A stretch of 64,000 bases of DNA, from positions 46,686,001 to 46,750,000 of the forward strand of contig OZ024746.1 of assembly GCA_964016885.1 (NCBI GenBank). The letters run 5' to 3'. Each line of letters begins with the position of its first letter. Position 1 is the stretch's first letter. This stretch comes from Eledone cirrhosa (lineage: Eukaryota). Under the pieces are notes generated by a model that was given only the letters and a program-made list of their open reading frames with translations, searched no databases and was not told where the DNA came from. A program made the position numbers and the translations under genes. This document shows positions 58,018-64,000 of this stretch, in pieces.

Positions 58018-58107
<90 letters not shown>

Positions 58108-58234
58108 ATTAAAATACTGGAGCATGTTGGAGTTAAACACCCTCTTCGTATTATACACTTTAGTGTATGTACACTCCATATTCTTCGGAGTTTTCGGCTT
58201 GTATTGGCCGATAGTACTTCTTGTTGTTTTAATT

Positions 58235-58272
58235 GCCCTGATGAGTCCTTAATAGGGCGAAAAATTGTTGGC
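58235..58272 (+). ncRNA. Hammerhead-like motif in a short insert (58105-58320) within (TA)n
   Basis: GCC-CUGAUGA-GUCCU(UAAU)AGGGC-GAAA-AAUU-GUU-GGC followed by AATAAA; C15.2 is missing. Confidence 0.62.
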
Positions 58273-58317
58273 TAATAAAGACTTTTGATGTATTGAAGGC
58301 TTCTTTCTTTTATTTTC

Positions 58318-58379
<62 letters not shown>

Positions 58380-58564
58380 TATACATATATATATATATAT
58401 ATACGATATTAAGCAAATGGAAACTATATTTATAAAACCATATTTATTTCATTATACATATTTCAGGGATACCATATTAAAATTTTGGCATGCCTTGTCG
58501 AGTGCTTTATATCAGTTATAAAATATTTACTTGTTGTAACCCAACAATTTTAAATAAAACCTTT

Positions 58565-60260
<1,696 letters not shown>

Positions 60261-60741
60261 TGTTAGTGAGTGTGTATGCACAAACCTTTTCTGTGTGTAT
60301 GTATGTGTAGTATAATGTGGTTTAGATAGGTAGATAGGAAGATGTTGTGAAAGCGAGTGACTCCGTGATGGTGATAAAGCAAGAGAATGATGATGTAGTG
60401 TGGATCCACTAAAGGTCAGATTAGCTTATTCTGTTCTGCTTGATTGCCTTGAAAAAACATATCATTACGTTTGGCTTCCGATTACAAACTGCCATTTGCA
60501 ATGAATATCAGAGGATATAGACTCATTACATATTGGTCTGTGATCCGATACCCACTCATCCATACTCTCACATGTCCATTAAATATGCCACATGATATAT
60601 TCGAAATAAGTTTCACATACCATTTTGATGGTTAACCACTATCCCTGTTTAGCTACTTTGAAACATCCAAACACAATTATAATTAAACCCTTTCCCATTC
60701 TTGCCAATTAATTTTTCTTGATGTCTATAACACAAGGTGTA

Positions 60742-60803
<62 letters not shown>

Positions 60804-61312
60804 ACAGGGAGAAAGACACGATTATGAGGAATAAAAATATATTTTTTTCCTATTTTTGTCTCTCTCTCTTTTTTCTGGGTTAGAAAATGATTAAAACGAA
60901 ATGTTTTACTTTGTGTGAAGTGTTAAGGTATTAGTTGATTTATTTATTATTTAACAAAGGTAGTTAGTTATCTATTTATATATTTAATTATTGTCTATTA
61001 CCGGTTTCTGTATTTATATGCATTATCAAATGATAGTAAAATGTATTAGTGTGGTGTCGCACATGTTAAACAGAAGGTGCAGAAAGAATAATGTTATATA
61101 CAAACAAGGTTTAAGAAGTGAAAAGAAAAAAGGAAAAAAAAACGTGCATAATGTGGAACGTAAAAAGTCAATGTGGAAGAAAAGTTAATGTTATTTACAA
61201 GCACAGTCATTGAAGTTAAGCAGTTCAAAATGTGTTAATATCGCAAGAGTGTTTAGTTGTACCATGGTTCAGTGAAGGAGGCAAATGGTTGACTGTGGTT
61301 TGATATGATTTC

Positions 61313-61528
61313 CCTATACAGCTGTTTCGGCTCTACGAGAAATAATGCCAATTACCATTATTATATAGCATGCATCATTAAGATATGTTGTCCCTCGTTA
61401 GTAGGTATAAGCTAGATATATACATATAAACTGCCATCGGTCATGAAGTCAAAACACAAAGAAACTGAAAACGAGCACCAAGTATATGCTCGATTGCGAT
61501 TGACTATCGAGAAGTAGGAAATTATATA

Positions 61529-61570
<42 letters not shown>

Positions 61571-61938
61571 TGTTTCTACTTTAGGCACAAGGCCAGCAAT
61601 TATCCCAGTGTATTACTGGTACTTTATTTTATCGACCCCCTAAGGATGAAAGGCAAAGTTAACCTCGGCGGGATTTGAACCCAGACCATAAAGAGCCGTA
61701 ACTCCTTGCTGCAAAGCATGGCGTCTGATATATATATATATATATATAATTTCCTACTTCTCGATAGTCAATCGCAATCGAGCATATACTTGGTGCTCGT
61801 TTTCAGTTTCTTTGTGTTTTGACTTCATGACCGATGGCAGTTTATATGTATATATGTAGCTTATACCTACTAACGCGGGACTACATATAATAATGGTAAT
61901 TGGCATTATTACTCGTAGAGCCGAAACAGCTGTATAGG
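61313..61938. repeat. Inverted repeat (~61313-61535 / ~61730-61938) around a minus-strand SINE (61570-61727)
   Basis: CCTATACAGCTGTTTCGGCTCTACGAG ... CTCGTAGAGCCGAAACAGCTGTATAGG. Confidence 0.85.
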
Positions 61939-62323
61939 CCTTAGGAACCGTTATTTACCATCTTCATGTAAGTCCATTGCTTATTTTCCTGCTTTCCTTT
62001 TGCTTTATATAAATTTATCTATGGATAGCCTTGAATACAATTACTCTAGGCAATAATAACTGAAATATTATTGTATGTCTAGAGCGGGTAGAATTCCCGA
62101 GATCCATGGACGAGTTCTCTCTAGTGATCTCTGTCCCTCATTATGGCAGCCATGTCTTGCGTCTCCAAGAGACCAGTGTTGGGCAACAACATATGTTAAC
62201 CTCCGTCTTACTCTTCCAGTGTGTCCATGCAGCGGCTCCCACGGGAGCACTGAGTGCAGTGTCAACTCTGGATGTCGGTGAGCATGTCCAGCTAATCTGT
62301 CTCCTCTGTGCTACTCTCTTGAG

Positions 62324-62364
<41 letters not shown>

Positions 62365-62365
<1 letters not shown>

Positions 62366-62556
62366 CCGTATTTTGACTAAAGAAATTAAAGAAATTATTT
62401 AGCCTGATAGTGGGGTTAAGAACCCTCGGAGAAATGGAAAAAGATGAGTATTGACGTACATGGGAGTCAATACTCATCTTTTTCCATTTCTCCGAGGGTT
62501 CTTAACCCCACTATCAGACTAAATAATTTCTTTAATTTCTTTAGTCAAAATACGGC
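62365..62556. repeat. ~90-bp-arm foldback hairpin
   Basis: GCCGTATTTTGACTAAAG...GAGTATTGAC / GTCAATACTC...CTTTAGTCAAAATACGGC with a ~10-nt loop. Confidence 0.88.
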
Positions 62557-62610
62557 GATAACTTACATTTCTAATAATTTCAAACCCACTCGCTGTTTCG
62601 AAAATATTCT

Positions 62611-62665
<55 letters not shown>

Positions 62666-62673
<8 letters not shown>

Positions 62674-62927
62674 ATACTTTGGGAGGGTCATGTTGCCAAT
62701 AAGAAACACACGCACCAGTTGCTTTCACTTCAATTTATTATAATACATTTATAAATTTAGGAATTTATAAATTTCCGGTTGGTTGGTTGGTTGGTTCCAC
62801 AACCAGATGGTTGTTTATATATTGTCAAAGTTCTTTCGTCACACACTCTGTGACCTCTTCAGTGACTGGGGATTCTTTTCTTTGTTTTTGTGCCTCTCCT
62901 TTGTTCTGTCCTACGCCATCTTGTTTC

Positions 62928-62930
<3 letters not shown>
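62666..62930 (-). mobile_element. pLTR copy of the 56930 family with a hammerhead at 62824-62867
   Basis: Minus strand AGUCA-CUGAAGA-GGUCACA...UGUGAC-GAAAGAAC-UU-UGAC. Confidence 0.85.
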
Positions 62931-62960
<30 letters not shown>

Positions 62961-64000
62961 GTATACATATATATAAATAGTGTAGCGCACAGATACGTGT
63001 GTGTGCGTGTGTGTATGAGAGCACGTGTGGCGTTTTAGATATACTGCGTCCATATATCTTTATCCTATCCTGTCACTATTTTCCCTCCATGTTCCATTCC
63101 TCTGCCATTTCCATTCTTTTTTAACATTTCATGACTACTATACAAAATCCTACAACCCTTATTCCACACATCCTCTCACATGTCAATATCTTCAACGTTG
63201 TCAATTAACTAGAATAGATGCATTCTTAAGCCTAAATGTTTCTGTCAATACGTCTGTTACTACTCCCCAAGTCAGAAATACGTTCTTACATGGGAACCAA
63301 AACATGAACATCTCTCGAAAACTTAAACCCAAGAAAAGAGAAAGATTAAAAAATTTAGTTGGAGTTTGGTGGAGGCAATTAAAATACGTTATTTTTTTAA
63401 ATTTCCTATTCTTCACTGATCAGGCAAACATGTTGAATACGACATTATCATAAGACTGATGGATGTGATTTGAAACAAATTTGATTCCTATGTCTAATAG
63501 AAGCTTAGAGTCTCATTCGTTGCTTCAATGGAAACATGATGTTTACCCGTTAGTTTATAATTAAGTCAACTTGAGAAAGTTACCCCAAATATATCAGTCC
63601 TGTAGTTTTATATCCCATTGGGCTTCTTCTAATCAAATAAAAGCTGTAATATTGTTTTAGGATGAGGATTTTCGAAACCCAAATGCAAAGATCTTTGTTG
63701 ATAATGATAGTAAAACTTTAAAGGTAGAAAACATGCACTAACTTCCATATATGCATGTGCACAGAGAACACGCACGAATATATTTACCGAAAAAAGATAA
63801 AAATTAAAAACACCTGCCACAAACATAAAATGAAAGTGTGATAAAAGGAAATGCCACAGGGAATATCATTTAAACGAACATTGCCGATTCGTACGGGGAA
63901 AAACGTTGCACCGAGTACTTCATATGTTTTCGTGAAAAGGTTAAAACTTTATGTGTATAAAGGCAAGTTCTTCTTTTGGGGATATGTATATATATATATA

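Overview
Repeat-rich animal intergenic or intronic DNA, most likely from a cephalopod (octopus-like: long (TA)n tracts and many tRNA-derived SINEs; this is an inference). No host protein-coding exon is supported. Main content: (1) a 5.6 kb array of a 310-bp unit (1338-6960) in two oppositely oriented blocks, each unit carrying a minimal type I hammerhead ribozyme (HHR; 18 copies), resembling a non-LTR retrozyme or ribozyme satellite; (2) about 1.15 kb away, an intact 1136-aa Penelope-like element (PLE; RT + GIY-YIG) in partial-tandem plus inverted form with HHR-like motifs in its pseudo-LTRs (pLTRs); (3) several further non-coding HHR-bearing families, most with the same geometry of two arms joined 5'-to-5' and 3' ends running outward, usually into (TA)n; (4) decayed R4-, CR1/L2-, RTE- and CRE-like LINE fragments, SINEs and two MITEs. 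Ribozyme folds and alignments were read by eye, not computed.
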